Positions 27,828 through 39,522 are shown, counted from the stretch's first letter. The stretch: 64,000 nt of DNA from Bacteroidales bacterium (GCA_004552965.1 SFMU01000002.1:3344-67343); one strand, 5' to 3'. A program made the numbers and translations. Notes: generated from the sequence alone by a model not told the origin.

Positions 27828-30233
27828 ATGAAGAAAGAGATAAATACAGACCTTCTTTTCCCCAATGGGGCTGAAGTGAACATAATCCCTGTCATGCAGG
27901 GAATGGAAATGACCAAGGTCAATACTTCCGACCTCCCTAAAGTCATTCCTCTGCTCGCTTTGAGAAACGCGGTAGTTTTCCCGGGAATGGTTTTCCCGGT
28001 TACGATAGGACGTGAGAAGTCCATCAATGTCATCCGTCATGCCGAGAAGACCAACTCCTTCATCGGAGCGGTACCCCAGACCGACCTCATGGTCGAAGAC
28101 CCGGGCCGGAGCGACCTTTTCGATTTCGGAACGGTCTGCAGGATCGTGAAGGTCCTGGAGATGCCTGACGGCACCATCACCGCCCTCCTTCAGGGAATGG
28201 TGAGATTCAATCTTCTGTCGATTGTCTCTTCGGAGCCCTTCCTCTCCGGCAATGTCGTCTATCTCGAAGACATCAATCCGGCCGAGGATGACAGCACCAG
28301 GATGATTGCGGAGTCCCTCAAGGAGAAGGCTTCCATTGTCATCAGGTCGTCTTCCATGGCTCCGAAGGAGGCCTTCAATGCACTCAAGTCGATCGACAGC
28401 TTCCCGTTCCTTGTCAATTTCATTGCCACTACCATCGAGATCGAGAACTACAACGACAAGGTTGACCTTCTCCGCTACGATGATGTCAAGACCAGGGCCA
28501 TGAAACTGCTCAGCGCCCTCGATGTCCAGGGCCAGCTGCTCAAGATCAAGCAGGAGATCAATCAGAAAGTGAAGAGCGAGATTGACCAGCAGCAGAGGGA
28601 ATACTACCTGAACAATCAGCTCAAGACCATCCAGGAAGAGCTCGGAATGGATGATGAAAGCGAGTTCGAGACTCTCAGGGCAAAGGCCCGGACAAAGAAA
28701 TGGCCGGAGTCTGTGGCAAAGCAGTTCGAAAAGGAGATGTCCAAGCTTGCCAAATACAACCCTTCTTCTCCGGACTACAGCATCCAGTACAACTACATCG
28801 AATTCATGCTGAGTCTTCCATGGGGGGATATGTCCAAGGACAATCTCGACCTCAAGCATGCCAGGAAGGTTCTCGACAATGACCACTACGGGCTTGATAA
28901 CGTGAAGGAAAGGATTATCGAATACCTTGCCGTCCTCAAGCTGAAGGGCAACATGAAATCGCCTATCCTCTGCCTGTACGGCCCTCCGGGAGTCGGCAAG
29001 ACCAGTCTCGGAAAGTCCGTGGCAAGGGCCTTGGGCAGGAAATATGTCAGGGTGGCTCTGGGTGGCATGCACGATGAGGCAGAACTGAGGGGACACAGGA
29101 AGACCTACATCGGAGCGCTTCCGGGAAGAATCCTGAATGGCATCGACAAGGCCGGCACATCCAATCCGGTCATCGTCCTGGATGAGATCGACAAGGTCGG
29201 CAACAGCTACAAGGGCGATCCGTCCTCGGCCCTGCTCGAGGTTCTCGATCCGGAGCAGAACAATGCCTTCCACGACAACTATCTGGACATCGACTACGAT
29301 CTGTCCAATGTGCTCTTCATCACTACCGCGAACAACATCTCCACCATCCAGCCGGCCCTTCTTGACCGAATGGAGCTCATCAACGTCTCCGGTTACCTGG
29401 CCGAGGAGAAGATGGAGATTGCGAAGCACTATCTCGTTCCAAAGCAACTCGAGGAGCATGGAATAGACAGGAAGGCGCTCAGGATTGACAAATCCGCCCT
29501 CGCCATGATCATCGATGAATATACCTCCGAATCCGGAGTGCGCGGTCTCGAGAAGAGAATCGCCAAGATCGCCAGGGTGACAGCTAAGAAGATAGCTTTG
29601 GGCGAGGAATATCCCAAGGTCATCAGGAAGGAGCATCTCAAGGAATATCTTGGACTTCCTTCCAACTTCCATGACCGCCAGAAGGACAACGAAGGCCCCG
29701 GCGTGGTCACCGGACTGGCCTGGACCCAGGTAGGAGGAGAGATTCTTTTCGTCGAGAGTTCTGTCTCGAAGGGAAAGGGCGCCATCAGCATGACCGGCAA
29801 CCTGGGAGATGTGATGAAGGAATCCGCCACCATAGCCTACCAGTACATCAAGGCCCATCCCGAGATGGCCGGAATCACCAGCGAGGAACTTGCAGAGCGT
29901 GACATCCACGTCCATGTGCCGGAAGGAGCCGTTCCGAAGGACGGTCCGTCTGCGGGCATCACGATGGTCAGCTCCATGGTTTCCGCTCTCCGTGGCCAGG
30001 CCATCAGGCACAAGGTCGCGATGACCGGCGAGATGACCTTGCGCGGCAAGGTGCTGCCTGTCGGAGGCATCAAGGAGAAGATCCTGGCCGCAAAACGTGC
30101 CGGAGTCACCGACATCGTCATCTCGGTGGACAACCGCAAGGACATCGAAGACATCAAGCCGGTCTATGTTGAGGGCTTGACCTTCCATTACGTCCGTACA
30201 ATTGACGACGTGATGTCCTTCATATTCAGTTGA
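27828..30233 (+). CDS. lon: ATP-dependent protease La
   Basis: LON N-domain, [22 protein letters not shown] catalytic Ser, GGIKEK; ATG at 27828. Confidence 0.97.
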   Translation: MKKEINTDLLFPNGAEVNIIPVMQGMEMTKVNTSDLPKVIPLLALRNAVVFPGMVFPVTIGREKSINVIRHAEKTNSFIGAVPQTDLMVEDPGRSDLFDFGTVCRIVKVLEMPDGTITALLQGMVRFNLLSIVSSEPFLSGNVVYLEDINPAEDDSTRMIAESLKEKASIVIRSSSMAPKEAFNALKSIDSFPFLVNFIATTIEIENYNDKVDLLRYDDVKTRAMKLLSALDVQGQLLKIKQEINQKVKSEIDQQQREYYLNNQLKTIQEELGMDDESEFETLRAKARTKKWPESVAKQFEKEMSKLAKYNPSSPDYSIQYNYIEFMLSLPWGDMSKDNLDLKHARKVLDNDHYGLDNVKERIIEYLAVLKLKGNMKSPILCLYGPPGVGKTSLGKSVARALGRKYVRVALGGMHDEAELRGHRKTYIGALPGRILNGIDKAGTSNPVIVLDEIDKVGNSYKGDPSSALLEVLDPEQNNAFHDNYLDIDYDLSNVLFITTANNISTIQPALLDRMELINVSGYLAEEKMEIAKHYLVPKQLEEHGIDRKALRIDKSALAMIIDEYTSESGVRGLEKRIAKIARVTAKKIALGEEYPKVIRKEHLKEYLGLPSNFHDRQKDNEGPGVVTGLAWTQVGGEILFVESSVSKGKGAISMTGNLGDVMKESATIAYQYIKAHPEMAGITSEELAERDIHVHVPEGAVPKDGPSAGITMVSSMVSALRGQAIRHKVAMTGEMTLRGKVLPVGGIKEKILAAKRAGVTDIVISVDNRKDIEDIKPVYVEGLTFHYVRTIDDVMSFIFS

Positions 30234-30249
30234 CACCACGCCCGCTGCC

Positions 30250-30918
30250 ATGGAAGTCAGGATTGAAGAAAGCTGGAAGGCCGCGCTTGCAGACGAGTTC
30301 GCCAAACCGTATTTCGCCTCGCTGGCGCGCCGCCTGCATGACGAGAAGGCCGAAGGAAAAGTGATCTATCCTCCGGGAAGAATGATATTCAAGGCCTTCG
30401 AACTGACACCGGTCGACAAGGTGAAGGTCGTGATCCTCGGTCAGGATCCGTATCACGGGCCGGGTCAGGCGATGGGACTGAGTTTCTCCGTCCCCGACGG
30501 CATGCCTGCACCGCCTTCACTGAAGAACATATTCAAGGAAATCGAATCAGACCTGGGAATCGTGATGAGCGGCCGCCCGAACCTTGAGAAGTGGGCTGAA
30601 CAGGGAGTTCTTCTCCTGAATTCCATCCTAACTGTCAGGGGAGGGGAGGCTGCCTCCCACAGCGGAATCGGCTGGCAGCAGTTCACGGACGCAGTCATCA
30701 GGTATATTTCCGACAATCTGGAAGGAGTCGTCTTCCTTCTGTGGGGGAACTATGCCCGAAGCAAGAAAGATCTGATAGACACGTCAAGGCATCATGTCCT
30801 TGAAGCCGCCCATCCGTCTCCTCTGGCGAGGGGAGCCTTTTTCGGATGCAGGCATTTCTCAATGACGAACAACATCCTGCTTTCAGAGGGCAGGACTCCG
30901 ATAGATTGGAAATTATGA
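30250..30918 (+). CDS. ung: Uracil-DNA glycosylase
   Basis: GQDPYH, GLSFSV, GVLLLN, HPSPLA. Confidence 0.97.
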   Translation: MEVRIEESWKAALADEFAKPYFASLARRLHDEKAEGKVIYPPGRMIFKAFELTPVDKVKVVILGQDPYHGPGQAMGLSFSVPDGMPAPPSLKNIFKEIESDLGIVMSGRPNLEKWAEQGVLLLNSILTVRGGEAASHSGIGWQQFTDAVIRYISDNLEGVVFLLWGNYARSKKDLIDTSRHHVLEAAHPSPLARGAFFGCRHFSMTNNILLSEGRTPIDWKL

Positions 30919-31385
30919 AACGGACAGCATTGTTTCCCGGCTCGTTCGACCCGTTCACAGCCGGACATCTGAACATACTTGTCAGAGCCCTGACCATCTT
31001 CGACGAGGTGGTGGTGGCAGTCGGCATCAACCAGGCCAAGAGGGGCTATTTCACCATCGATCAGCGCAAGGACATCATCCGGCAGGCCTGCAAGGGTCTT
31101 GAGGGGGTGAGAGTCATCAGCTATGACGGGCTTACCGTGGACATCTGCCGCGAGCTTGGCATAAGACACATTGTCAGGGGTGTCAGGAATATGACGGATT
31201 TCGACAACGAGCAGGCGATCGCCGATGCCAACCGTCATTTCTATCCGGAAGTGGACACGATCATCATCCCGACCGCCCAGGAATATTCCCACATCTCCTC
31301 TTCTGCCGTGAGAGATGTCATCAGCCATCACGGTGACATCTCGATGTTCATTCCGGGAGGCGTGGTTCTCCCGGATGTCGAATGA
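30915..31385 (+). CDS. coaD: Pantetheine-phosphate adenylyltransferase
   Basis: FPGSFDPFTAGH, VRGVRN..DF, ISSSAVR; ATG at 30915. Confidence 0.95.
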   Translation: MKRTALFPGSFDPFTAGHLNILVRALTIFDEVVVAVGINQAKRGYFTIDQRKDIIRQACKGLEGVRVISYDGLTVDICRELGIRHIVRGVRNMTDFDNEQAIADANRHFYPEVDTIIIPTAQEYSHISSSAVRDVISHHGDISMFIPGGVVLPDVE

Positions 31386-31397
31386 AACAGCATCAGG

Positions 31398-32840
31398 ATG
31401 AAAAGGTTTCTTGCAATAGCGCTGATTCTCCTTCAGGCACTGTCCGGCTTCGCCCAGACGGATTCGGCAAAACTGGCAGCCCTGGACGGCCGGCTTGCGG
31501 AGTATTTCGCCTTGCTGGAGTACCAGGATGTCAGCGTCAAGATCGAGGAATGTGACACCCTGATCAGTTCGGCTAAGGATTCTTCGGTCCGACGGCACAT
31601 AGCTCTGAAGGCATATTGGCATTATCTTGACTCCAGACTGATGGGGGATGAGGCTGTGGCCGTCCATCTCGCTGACCGTTGGTTCATCTCCGGGAAGATC
31701 CGGATGGGCAGCGCGACCGACCTGATGAATGCCAGGATATTCGCAGACTTCAACCGTAGCTCCCTGATAGGGAAGCAGGCTCCTGTCGCGACCTTTGTCG
31801 GACCCCAGGGAGACAGCGTGACTCTCGGTGGACCGTCCGACAGCCTCTCCGTGCTTTTCTTCTACGACACCGACTGCGCCAAATGCAAGCTGGAGTCCAT
31901 GATGCTCAAAGCTTTGCTCGAGGAAAAGAATTATCCTGTCAGGCTCTATGCCATCTACACCGGCTGCGATCCCGATTCGTGGGCTTCCTGGCGCGGAACC
32001 CGTTTCTCCCTTGATGCCGACAGGACCTCTGTCGTCAATCTTTGGGATCCCGAAGTCTCTTCCGACTACCAGATGAAGTACGGCGTACTGAGCACTCCGC
32101 AGATGCTCCTCGTTTCGCGTGACGGGACAATCCTCGGCCGCAGGCTGGACACGGAGGCCCTGAGACCGCTTCTGGATGCTGCTGTCGACAGGGAATGCCA
32201 TGAATATGGCAAAGCGGAGACCGTTGCCCTCCTTGACAACATATTCCTTTCCTACGGGGACAGTCTCAGTCCTGCCCATGTCACGGCAGTGGCTGAAATG
32301 ATTGCGGGAAGGACTCTCCAGGCGAAAGACACCCTTGGCTACAAGAACCTTGTCGGCGACCTGCTCTACTATCTGACCTCGAAGCGGGAGGAACCCCTCA
32401 GGGAGGGGACTTCCGGATTCATTGATGAATATATCCTCTCGCGTCCGGAAATATGGAACACCGAAGACGATACCCTCAGGGTCGTCGGACTTGCCAGGCT
32501 GAATGCCGGACTGCTCTCGCGCACACCGGTTGGCTCCCGCCTGCCTTCGATGCCGCTCAAGGGCTGGGGAAAGCTCAGGCGCAAGGGTGGGCTGCTGATT
32601 TTCCACACCCACGGCTGTCCGGTCTGCAGGGAGGAGATGGCAGCCGCCGACAGCCTCGGATTGGATTATCTGGCTGTCGATGTGGATGAAATCGGTCAGC
32701 AGAATCCTGAATTGCAGGAAAGGCTTCTGGACACCTTCGATCTGCTGTCAATGCCGATGATAATCGAAGTCGGCAGAAGGGGGAAGGTCCTTCGAAGGTA
32801 TGTTTCGCTGGCTAATAATTTTGTATTTTCTGACAAATAA
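31398..32840 (+). CDS. Secreted protein with two thioredoxin-like CxxC domains
   Basis: Signal peptide; FFYDTDCAKC...YGVLSTP and FHTHGCPVC...LSMP. Confidence 0.7.
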   Translation: MKRFLAIALILLQALSGFAQTDSAKLAALDGRLAEYFALLEYQDVSVKIEECDTLISSAKDSSVRRHIALKAYWHYLDSRLMGDEAVAVHLADRWFISGKIRMGSATDLMNARIFADFNRSSLIGKQAPVATFVGPQGDSVTLGGPSDSLSVLFFYDTDCAKCKLESMMLKALLEEKNYPVRLYAIYTGCDPDSWASWRGTRFSLDADRTSVVNLWDPEVSSDYQMKYGVLSTPQMLLVSRDGTILGRRLDTEALRPLLDAAVDRECHEYGKAETVALLDNIFLSYGDSLSPAHVTAVAEMIAGRTLQAKDTLGYKNLVGDLLYYLTSKREEPLREGTSGFIDEYILSRPEIWNTEDDTLRVVGLARLNAGLLSRTPVGSRLPSMPLKGWGKLRRKGGLLIFHTHGCPVCREEMAAADSLGLDYLAVDVDEIGQQNPELQERLLDTFDLLSMPMIIEVGRRGKVLRRYVSLANNFVFSDK

Positions 32841-32911
32841 AAGTAAATTTGCATGATGTACCGTAAGGTATGACACTTGCAAGAGTTTGATTAAATAATT
32901 TTTTATAGATT

Positions 32912-33913
32912 ATGGTTTCATACAAAGAACTTGGCCTTGTAAACACTAGAGAGATGTTTGCCAAGGCTGTTGCAGGCGGCTATGCCATCCCTGCCTTCAA
33001 TTTCAACAACATGGAGCAGCTCCAGGCTATCATCCAGGCTGCTGCCGAGACAAAGTCTCCTGTCATCCTTCAGGTTTCCAGCGGAGCCCGCAAGTATGCC
33101 AACCAGACCCTTCTGCGTTACATGGCACAGGGCGCTGTAGAGTATGCCAAGGAACTCGGCTGGGAGCATCCTCAGATCTGTCTCCATCTTGACCACGGCA
33201 ACTCTTTCGAACTCTGCAAGAGCTGTGTCGATTTCGGCTTCTCTTCCGTCATGATCGATGCTTCTTCACTTCCTTACGAGGAGAACATCGCCCTGACCAA
33301 GCAGGTCGTTGACTATGCCCATGCACACGATGTCACCGTAGAGGCTGAACTCGGTGTCCTCGCAGGTGTAGAGGATGAGGTTTCCGCTGCCGAGTCACAC
33401 TATACCAAGCCGGAGGAGGTTATCGATTTCTCTACCCGTTCGGGCTGCGATTCACTCGCCATCTCCATCGGTACTTCACACGGTGCCTACAAGTTCACTC
33501 CTGAGCAGTGCACAGTCGATCCTAAGACCGGCCGTCTCGTACCTCCGCCACTCGCATTCAACGTTCTTCACGAGATCGAGAAGAAACTCCCTGGATTCCC
33601 TATCGTGCTCCACGGTTCTTCTTCAGTCCCTCAGGAAGAGGTTGACACCATCAACAAGTACGGCGGTGCCCTCAAGGCTGCCGTAGGTATCCCTGAGGAG
33701 CAGCTTCGTGAGGCTGCAAAGAGCGCTGTCTGCAAGATCAACATCGACTCCGACTCACGTCTTGCAATGACCGCAGCCATCCGTCAGGTCTTCGCTGAGA
33801 AGCCTGCAGAGTTCGACCCTCGCAAGTATCTCGGCCCTGCCCGTGACAACATGAAGAAGCTCTACATCCACAAGATCGTCAACGTTCTTGGCTCAAACGG
33901 AAAGGCTGAGTAA
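32912..33913 (+). CDS. fba: Fructose-1,6-bisphosphate aldolase class II
   Basis: PAFNFNN, LHLDHG, VEAELG, GTSHGAYK, VLHGSS, KINID, FDPRKY. Confidence 0.97.
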   Translation: MVSYKELGLVNTREMFAKAVAGGYAIPAFNFNNMEQLQAIIQAAAETKSPVILQVSSGARKYANQTLLRYMAQGAVEYAKELGWEHPQICLHLDHGNSFELCKSCVDFGFSSVMIDASSLPYEENIALTKQVVDYAHAHDVTVEAELGVLAGVEDEVSAAESHYTKPEEVIDFSTRSGCDSLAISIGTSHGAYKFTPEQCTVDPKTGRLVPPPLAFNVLHEIEKKLPGFPIVLHGSSSVPQEEVDTINKYGGALKAAVGIPEEQLREAAKSAVCKINIDSDSRLAMTAAIRQVFAEKPAEFDPRKYLGPARDNMKKLYIHKIVNVLGSNGKAE

Positions 33914-33935
33914 GACTTTCCTTCGGATAGATAAG

Positions 33936-33976
33936 AGACCGGCTCGAGTCTTCGGACTTCCAGCCGGTCTTTTTTT
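33936..33976 (+). terminator. Intrinsic terminator of fba
   Basis: AGACCGGCT...AGCCGGTCT followed by T-run. Confidence 0.85.
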
Positions 33977-34095
33977 GCGGTTTTTGATACTTTTTTCAAA
34001 ATGTCATAGTGTTTTTTTCTGTAATTGTAATACCTTTGCAGCCGCAACGTTATGTTTATTATCCAATTGGTTTAACTAAATCATTTTTTTATGCG

Positions 34096-35166
34096 ATGAG
34101 AAGAATCATAGCTTCAGTTACTCTGGTACTTGGTGCTTTGGCGGCCTGTGCTGCCCAGGAGTTGAATCTCAACCTTGTCACACGTCTCGATGGCAACAAA
34201 TCCTGGCCTTTGAAAAGTACTTCATCAGGCAACAACCGGATCAATTGGGGTAATTCCAGTCTGTATGTTCTTGCAGACGGTTCCTTCACCGGGAAGCTAT
34301 CTTACGACATCGCAATGAATTTTCTCAACAGCGATCCTGTCTCACTCTATTCCAACACGGGAAGCTGTGTCGAGACCAATTGGCTCAACTGGGCCGACTT
34401 CACATATTCATTCAATGACAACTGGTCCGTTTCTGCCGGAAAGCAGATAATGCTGCTTGGTGGCTGGGAGATCGACATGTACGATTTCGACCAGCTGACT
34501 GACCTTTGCTCTCAGGACTGGCAGCTCATCAATGTCTACCAGTGGGGCGGCAAGGTGGCATATTCACCATCGGAGGAGCATCTCTTCGCTGTCCAGGTCT
34601 CGTCATCCCCGCTCCGCGACCTTCTGCTCGAGGGCAATGAAATCGCCGCTTCCTTCCAGACCCGCAACACAGTGGGAATATGGGAAAGCATCTTTTCTGC
34701 CAACTACATCCAGACACCTTACGAAGAGTGTCCTGCCATGTACATGGCCACTTTCGGCAATCAGATCGTGACTGACCGCATCTGCGCCTTCATCGACTAT
34801 ACCTTGAAGACCCCGGGCAATCAGGATTTCGGTGCGCTCCGTTCCTCTGTCACCGCTTCGCTGGCATGTTCATTCTGTGACGGTTGCCTTGAAGTTGGCG
34901 CCAAGGGCGGTTACGACACTACCAGCGAGCTGTGCCCCGACATATTCGGCTATTCCGATGAATGGGAGACTGAGGAAGACGGGCTTTCCGGGATTGTCCC
35001 TCTCGGCCTTTCCCCGATGCGCGACTATTGCTTCGGTGGTCTGTTTGTCAATGGCTATCCTCTTGAAGGACTGCGTGTCCATGCAGCCGTCGGATGCAAC
35101 AACTACACGAAGTCTCCAAGTGTCACCCTCGGTGTCTGCTATCAGTTCGGAGCGAAGATTCTCTAG
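34096..35166 (+). CDS. Putative outer-membrane beta-barrel porin
   Basis: Signal peptide, alternating amphipathic strands, WSVSAGKQ..LGGWE.D motif, C-terminal VTLGVCYQF; ATG at 34096. Confidence 0.65.
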   Translation: MRRIIASVTLVLGALAACAAQELNLNLVTRLDGNKSWPLKSTSSGNNRINWGNSSLYVLADGSFTGKLSYDIAMNFLNSDPVSLYSNTGSCVETNWLNWADFTYSFNDNWSVSAGKQIMLLGGWEIDMYDFDQLTDLCSQDWQLINVYQWGGKVAYSPSEEHLFAVQVSSSPLRDLLLEGNEIAASFQTRNTVGIWESIFSANYIQTPYEECPAMYMATFGNQIVTDRICAFIDYTLKTPGNQDFGALRSSVTASLACSFCDGCLEVGAKGGYDTTSELCPDIFGYSDEWETEEDGLSGIVPLGLSPMRDYCFGGLFVNGYPLEGLRVHAAVGCNNYTKSPSVTLGVCYQFGAKIL

Positions 35167-35183
35167 TCACTTAATGTATCGGA

Positions 35184-36602
35184 ATGGCAATGAGTGAAAA
35201 CAAACCGCTTGAGAATGATGTAATCATCCGTCTCGAGCATCTGAGCAAGTCTTTTTCAGGGAAGAAAGTCCTTGATGACATCAACCTTGACATCAGAAGG
35301 GGAGAATTCGTCACCTTCCTCGGACCTTCCGGATGCGGAAAGACCACGACTCTCCGTACCATAGCCGGATTCAATGCAGCCGATGAAGGCAGGGTCATAA
35401 TGGACGGCGAGGACATTTCTGCGCTCCCTCCGCATCTCAGACCGCTGAACACCGTCTTTCAGAGATATGCCCTTTTCCCGCATCTGGATGTCTATGACAA
35501 CATCGCATTCGGCCTGAAACTGAAGGGAGTGGATTCCGAAGAAATCGACAGGAGAGTGCGGAAGATGCTGAAGCTCGTGAGCATGACCGACTATGAAGAC
35601 CGCGATGTGGAGTCTCTTTCCGGAGGACAGCAGCAGCGTGTCGCCATAGCCCGAGCCCTTGTGAACTATCCGAAGGTGCTTCTTCTTGACGAGCCTCTTG
35701 CCGCTCTCGACCTGAAGATGAGGAAGGACATGCAGATCGAACTGAAGGAAATGCATCGCAAGCTCGGAATCACTTTCATCTACGTTACCCATGACCAGGA
35801 GGAAGCCCTGACCCTTTCCGACCGTATCGTAGTGATGTCCGAGGGCAGGATCCAGCAGATCGGTACCCCAATGGACATCTACAACGAGCCTCAGAACTCG
35901 TTTGTCGCCGACTTTATCGGGGAGAGCAACATCCTCAACGGTACGATGATCGCGGACAGGGAGGTTTCCTTCATCGGACATGATTTCAAGTGCGTGGACG
36001 AGGGCTTCGGTGAGAATGTGCCTGTCGATGTGGTTGTGCGTCCGGAGGACATCTACATCATGAACAAGCTCGAAGGAGCCCAGTTCACGGCAGTCGTGAA
36101 GAGCTGCACCTTCAAGGGTGTCCATTATGAGATGTTTGTGGACACCGACTCCCACAATGAGCTTATGATCCAGGACTACAATGCCTTTGAGGTCGGAAGC
36201 ACCGTGGGTCTGATCATCCGCCCCGAGGACATTCAGGTCATGAAGAAGGAACGGGTCGAAAACACCTTTGCCGGGGAACTTGTCGACAGCACCCATGTCT
36301 CGATTCTCGGGGAAGAGTTCGAATGCGCTCCGGTCTCCGGCATCGATGAAGGAACCGAGGTGGAAGTCAGGGCAGCTTTCGACCGGATCGACCTTCTGGA
36401 CCATGCCGAGGATGGTGTGACAGGAGGAACCGTCTATATGATTCTCTACAAGGGCGACCACTATCACCTGACAATCCGTACGGACAGCGATGAGTTTGTC
36501 TATGTGGACACCAACGATGTCTGGGACAAAGGTGACATCGTCGGTATCAACATATTGCCTCAGGATCTAATCGTCACTGCAAGAAATGGGAAAGAGGAGT
36601 AA
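35184..36602 (+). CDS. potA: Spermidine/putrescine ABC transporter ATP-binding protein
   Basis: [38 protein letters not shown]; extended C-terminus. Confidence 0.93.
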   Translation: MAMSENKPLENDVIIRLEHLSKSFSGKKVLDDINLDIRRGEFVTFLGPSGCGKTTTLRTIAGFNAADEGRVIMDGEDISALPPHLRPLNTVFQRYALFPHLDVYDNIAFGLKLKGVDSEEIDRRVRKMLKLVSMTDYEDRDVESLSGGQQQRVAIARALVNYPKVLLLDEPLAALDLKMRKDMQIELKEMHRKLGITFIYVTHDQEEALTLSDRIVVMSEGRIQQIGTPMDIYNEPQNSFVADFIGESNILNGTMIADREVSFIGHDFKCVDEGFGENVPVDVVVRPEDIYIMNKLEGAQFTAVVKSCTFKGVHYEMFVDTDSHNELMIQDYNAFEVGSTVGLIIRPEDIQVMKKERVENTFAGELVDSTHVSILGEEFECAPVSGIDEGTEVEVRAAFDRIDLLDHAEDGVTGGTVYMILYKGDHYHLTIRTDSDEFVYVDTNDVWDKGDIVGINILPQDLIVTARNGKEE

Positions 36603-37353
36603 CTGGGCCATCCCGTATTTCATATTCCTGGTGCTGTTCGTGGCGCTTCCGCTCCTGCTGGTAGCGATGTATGCCTTCCAGGACAATTACGGACATTTCA
36701 CCTTCGCGAACATTGCGAGGATATTCACGGACACCGATGCGATGAGTACCTTCGTCGTGTCATTGGAAGTCGCGCTTGAGAATACCCTCATCTGCCTGCT
36801 GCTGGGCTATCCGGCTGCCTTCATCCTTTCGAGAAAGGACCTGAACAAGTCGGCTGTCACGGTGATACTGTTCATCCTTCCGATGTGGATCAATGCTCTG
36901 ATGAGAACCCTTGCCACAGCCGACCTGTTCGGAGTGCTGGGTTTCCGGCTCGGAAAGGGAACTCTTCTGTTCGGTATGGTTTACGACTATCTGCCGTTCA
37001 TGATCTATCCCATCTACAATGTCCTTCTGAAGATGGACAACTCTTATGCTGAAGCGGCCTCCGACCTTGGCGCGACTCCTGTCCAGGTCTTCACGAAGGT
37101 TACCCTTCCGCTGTCGATGCCTGGCATCCTGAGCGGTGTGATGATGGTTTTCATGCCGACCGTCAGCACCTTCGCCATCTCGGAATTCCTGACCAACAAC
37201 AAAATCAAGCTTTTCGGAACAATCATCCAGGAGAACATCAACTCCTCGATGTGGAACTACGGAGCGGCTCTGTCGTTCTTCATGCTGATCATCATCGGCT
37301 TGACTACATTCCTGTCCGGAAGTGACAAAGAAGTGGAAGGAGGCACTGTGTAA
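36586..37353 (+). CDS. potB: Polyamine ABC transporter permease
   Basis: [22 protein letters not shown]. Confidence 0.9.
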   Translation: MGKRSNWAIPYFIFLVLFVALPLLLVAMYAFQDNYGHFTFANIARIFTDTDAMSTFVVSLEVALENTLICLLLGYPAAFILSRKDLNKSAVTVILFILPMWINALMRTLATADLFGVLGFRLGKGTLLFGMVYDYLPFMIYPIYNVLLKMDNSYAEAASDLGATPVQVFTKVTLPLSMPGILSGVMMVFMPTVSTFAISEFLTNNKIKLFGTIIQENINSSMWNYGAALSFFMLIIIGLTTFLSGSDKEVEGGTV

Positions 37354-37361
37354 CCGGGACG

Positions 37362-38159
37362 ATGAAAAAGATAATCTCACAGATCTACATCTGGATACTC
37401 CTGATACTCCTCTATTCCCCGCTGGTCTTCATCGCCGTATTCTCCTTCACGGAGGCAAAGACCCTCGGCAACTGGACCGGTTTTTCCATGAACCTGTACA
37501 GATCCCTGTTCACGGGAAATGTCTCGGGAGGGGCCACACTGATGGATGCATGCCGGAACACTATCCTCATAGCTCTTGCGGCAGCTGCCGTTTCCACCCT
37601 TCTGGGGACGGTATCCGCTATCGGAATATTCAATCTCAAGGGACGCAGGAAGCAGACTATTCAGTTTCTGAACAATATCCCGATGCTGAATCCGGACATC
37701 ATAACCGGTGTCTCGCTTTTCCTTCTCTTCGTGTTCCTGCACATCAGCCAGGGCTTCCTGACCGTGGTTCTGGCCCACATCACATTCTGCACCCCGTACG
37801 TCGTGCTGAATGTGATGCCGAAACTTTCGCAGATGAACCCGAACATCTATGAAGCCGCCCTGGATCTGGGGGCTACCCCGATGCAGGCATTCTGGAAGGT
37901 GCTTGTGCCTCAGCTGCGTCCGGGAATGCTCTCTGGCTTCATCCTGGCCTTCACGATGTCCCTCGATGACTTTGCGGTCACCTTCTTCACAAGGGGAACG
38001 GTGGGACTCGAGACTCTCTCGACTTACATTTATGCCGATGCCCGCAAGGGTGGCCTTACACCGGAGCTCAGACCTCTGATGACCATCATATTCCTGGTTG
38101 TCCTGGTCTCACTTCTGTTCATAAACCTGAGGAACAACCGCGCGGCGCAGAAGTCATGA
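37362..38159 (+). CDS. potC: Polyamine ABC transporter permease
   Basis: PDIITGVSL, AHITFCTPYV, EAALDLGA, SLDDF. Confidence 0.92.
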   Translation: MKKIISQIYIWILLILLYSPLVFIAVFSFTEAKTLGNWTGFSMNLYRSLFTGNVSGGATLMDACRNTILIALAAAAVSTLLGTVSAIGIFNLKGRRKQTIQFLNNIPMLNPDIITGVSLFLLFVFLHISQGFLTVVLAHITFCTPYVVLNVMPKLSQMNPNIYEAALDLGATPMQAFWKVLVPQLRPGMLSGFILAFTMSLDDFAVTFFTRGTVGLETLSTYIYADARKGGLTPELRPLMTIIFLVVLVSLLFINLRNNRAAQKS

Positions 38160-38202
38160 TCAACTGGATATTCACAATCTTTTACATTACCTTATTTTGA
38201 AA

Positions 38203-39519
38203 ATGAAGAAATTTCTTGGATTCGCCATCGCCGCCATGATGATGGTGGCATGCTCTTCTGACAGGAGTCAGATTCTCAAGGTCTACAACTGGTCCAGCTA
38301 CATCGACGAGGACCTCATCGGAGAGTTCGAGCAGTGGTACGAAGAACAGACAGGAGAACCGGTAAAGGTCGTGTACCAGGTGTTCGACATAAATGAGACG
38401 ATGCTCTCGAAGATCGAGAAAGGTCACGAGGATTTCGATGTCGTCTGTCCTTCCGACTACATCATCGAAAGGATGCTCAAGAACGATCTGCTTCTCCCGA
38501 TCGAGAGGGACTTCGGAGAGACTCCTAACTACATCGACGGAAGCCTTTCACCATACATCGTCGACCAGTTCAGGCACATCACCGACGGAAAGGGCAAGGA
38601 TGCCACTGAATATTCAGTCGGCTACATGTGGGGCTTCACCGGCTTCCTCTACAATGCATCGAAGGTCGATCCTGAGGATCTGCGTACCTGGGATGTCCTG
38701 CACAATGAAAAATATTCGGGGATGATCCTCATCAAGGATGCCCCGAGGGATGTCTACAGCCAGCTTCTGCTGTACTTCCATCAGGATGAGATCAGGAACG
38801 AAGACGGTTCATTCAACCTTGAGGCCATGGATTCCCTCATGTACGACTGTTCGGAGGCTTCTATGAAGCAGATAGAGGATTATCTCTGTGCCGGCCGCGA
38901 CCTGGTCGGTGGCTGGGAGGCTGATTTCGGCAAGGAAAGCATGACTCAGGAAAAGGCCTGGATCGACCTTGCATGGAGCGGTGATGCCGCCTGGGCAATC
39001 GATGAGGCGGCTGAAGTAGGCGTGGATCTCGACTATGCTGTTCCGGAAGAGGGCGCCACTGTCTGGTTCGACGGCTGGGTGATCCCGAAATATGCAAAGA
39101 ATGTCAAGGCTGCGAGGTATTTCATCAACTTCATGTGCAAGCCTGAGAATGCAATCCGCAACTCTCTTGAGGTAGGCTACAGCAGCTCGAACGGCTCTCC
39201 CGAGATGCTTGAGGCAATCATCGATGAAAGCTATCCTCCGATCGACCTCACCTATTTCTTCGGTGAAGGCGCTGATTCGGTCTGTGTCAATCCGGTCATG
39301 TTTGCTGACAAGAAGGTCATCGACCGTTGCTGTATGGAACATGACTGGGCTCCGGAGGACACAGAGAGACTGATTGCAATGTGGTCCCGTGTCAAGGGCG
39401 ATGCCATGGGTTTCTCGACATACGTCATCCTCGGAGTCGCCGTCCTGGCCATCATCATGTTCGTGGTGATGAAGGTTCTCTCCGGCAAGAGAAAGAAAAG
39501 CAAGAAAAGACGCAGATAG
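38203..39519 (+). CDS. potD: Polyamine ABC transporter substrate-binding lipoprotein with C-terminal TM helix
   Basis: Lipobox MVAC, LKVYNWSSYID, PSDY, YMWG, WSGDA, PEEG..VWFD; hydrophobic then basic tail. Confidence 0.9.
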   Translation: MKKFLGFAIAAMMMVACSSDRSQILKVYNWSSYIDEDLIGEFEQWYEEQTGEPVKVVYQVFDINETMLSKIEKGHEDFDVVCPSDYIIERMLKNDLLLPIERDFGETPNYIDGSLSPYIVDQFRHITDGKGKDATEYSVGYMWGFTGFLYNASKVDPEDLRTWDVLHNEKYSGMILIKDAPRDVYSQLLLYFHQDEIRNEDGSFNLEAMDSLMYDCSEASMKQIEDYLCAGRDLVGGWEADFGKESMTQEKAWIDLAWSGDAAWAIDEAAEVGVDLDYAVPEEGATVWFDGWVIPKYAKNVKAARYFINFMCKPENAIRNSLEVGYSSSNGSPEMLEAIIDESYPPIDLTYFFGEGADSVCVNPVMFADKKVIDRCCMEHDWAPEDTERLIAMWSRVKGDAMGFSTYVILGVAVLAIIMFVVMKVLSGKRKKSKKRRR

Positions 39520-39522
39520 ATT

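Noticed and set aside
27501..30305. 934-aa antisense ORF over lon, and similar long antisense ORFs over arg, typA, potA, tyrS and the thioredoxin-like gene
   Set aside because: Shadow frames expected from strong codon bias in the sense genes; no recognisable motifs
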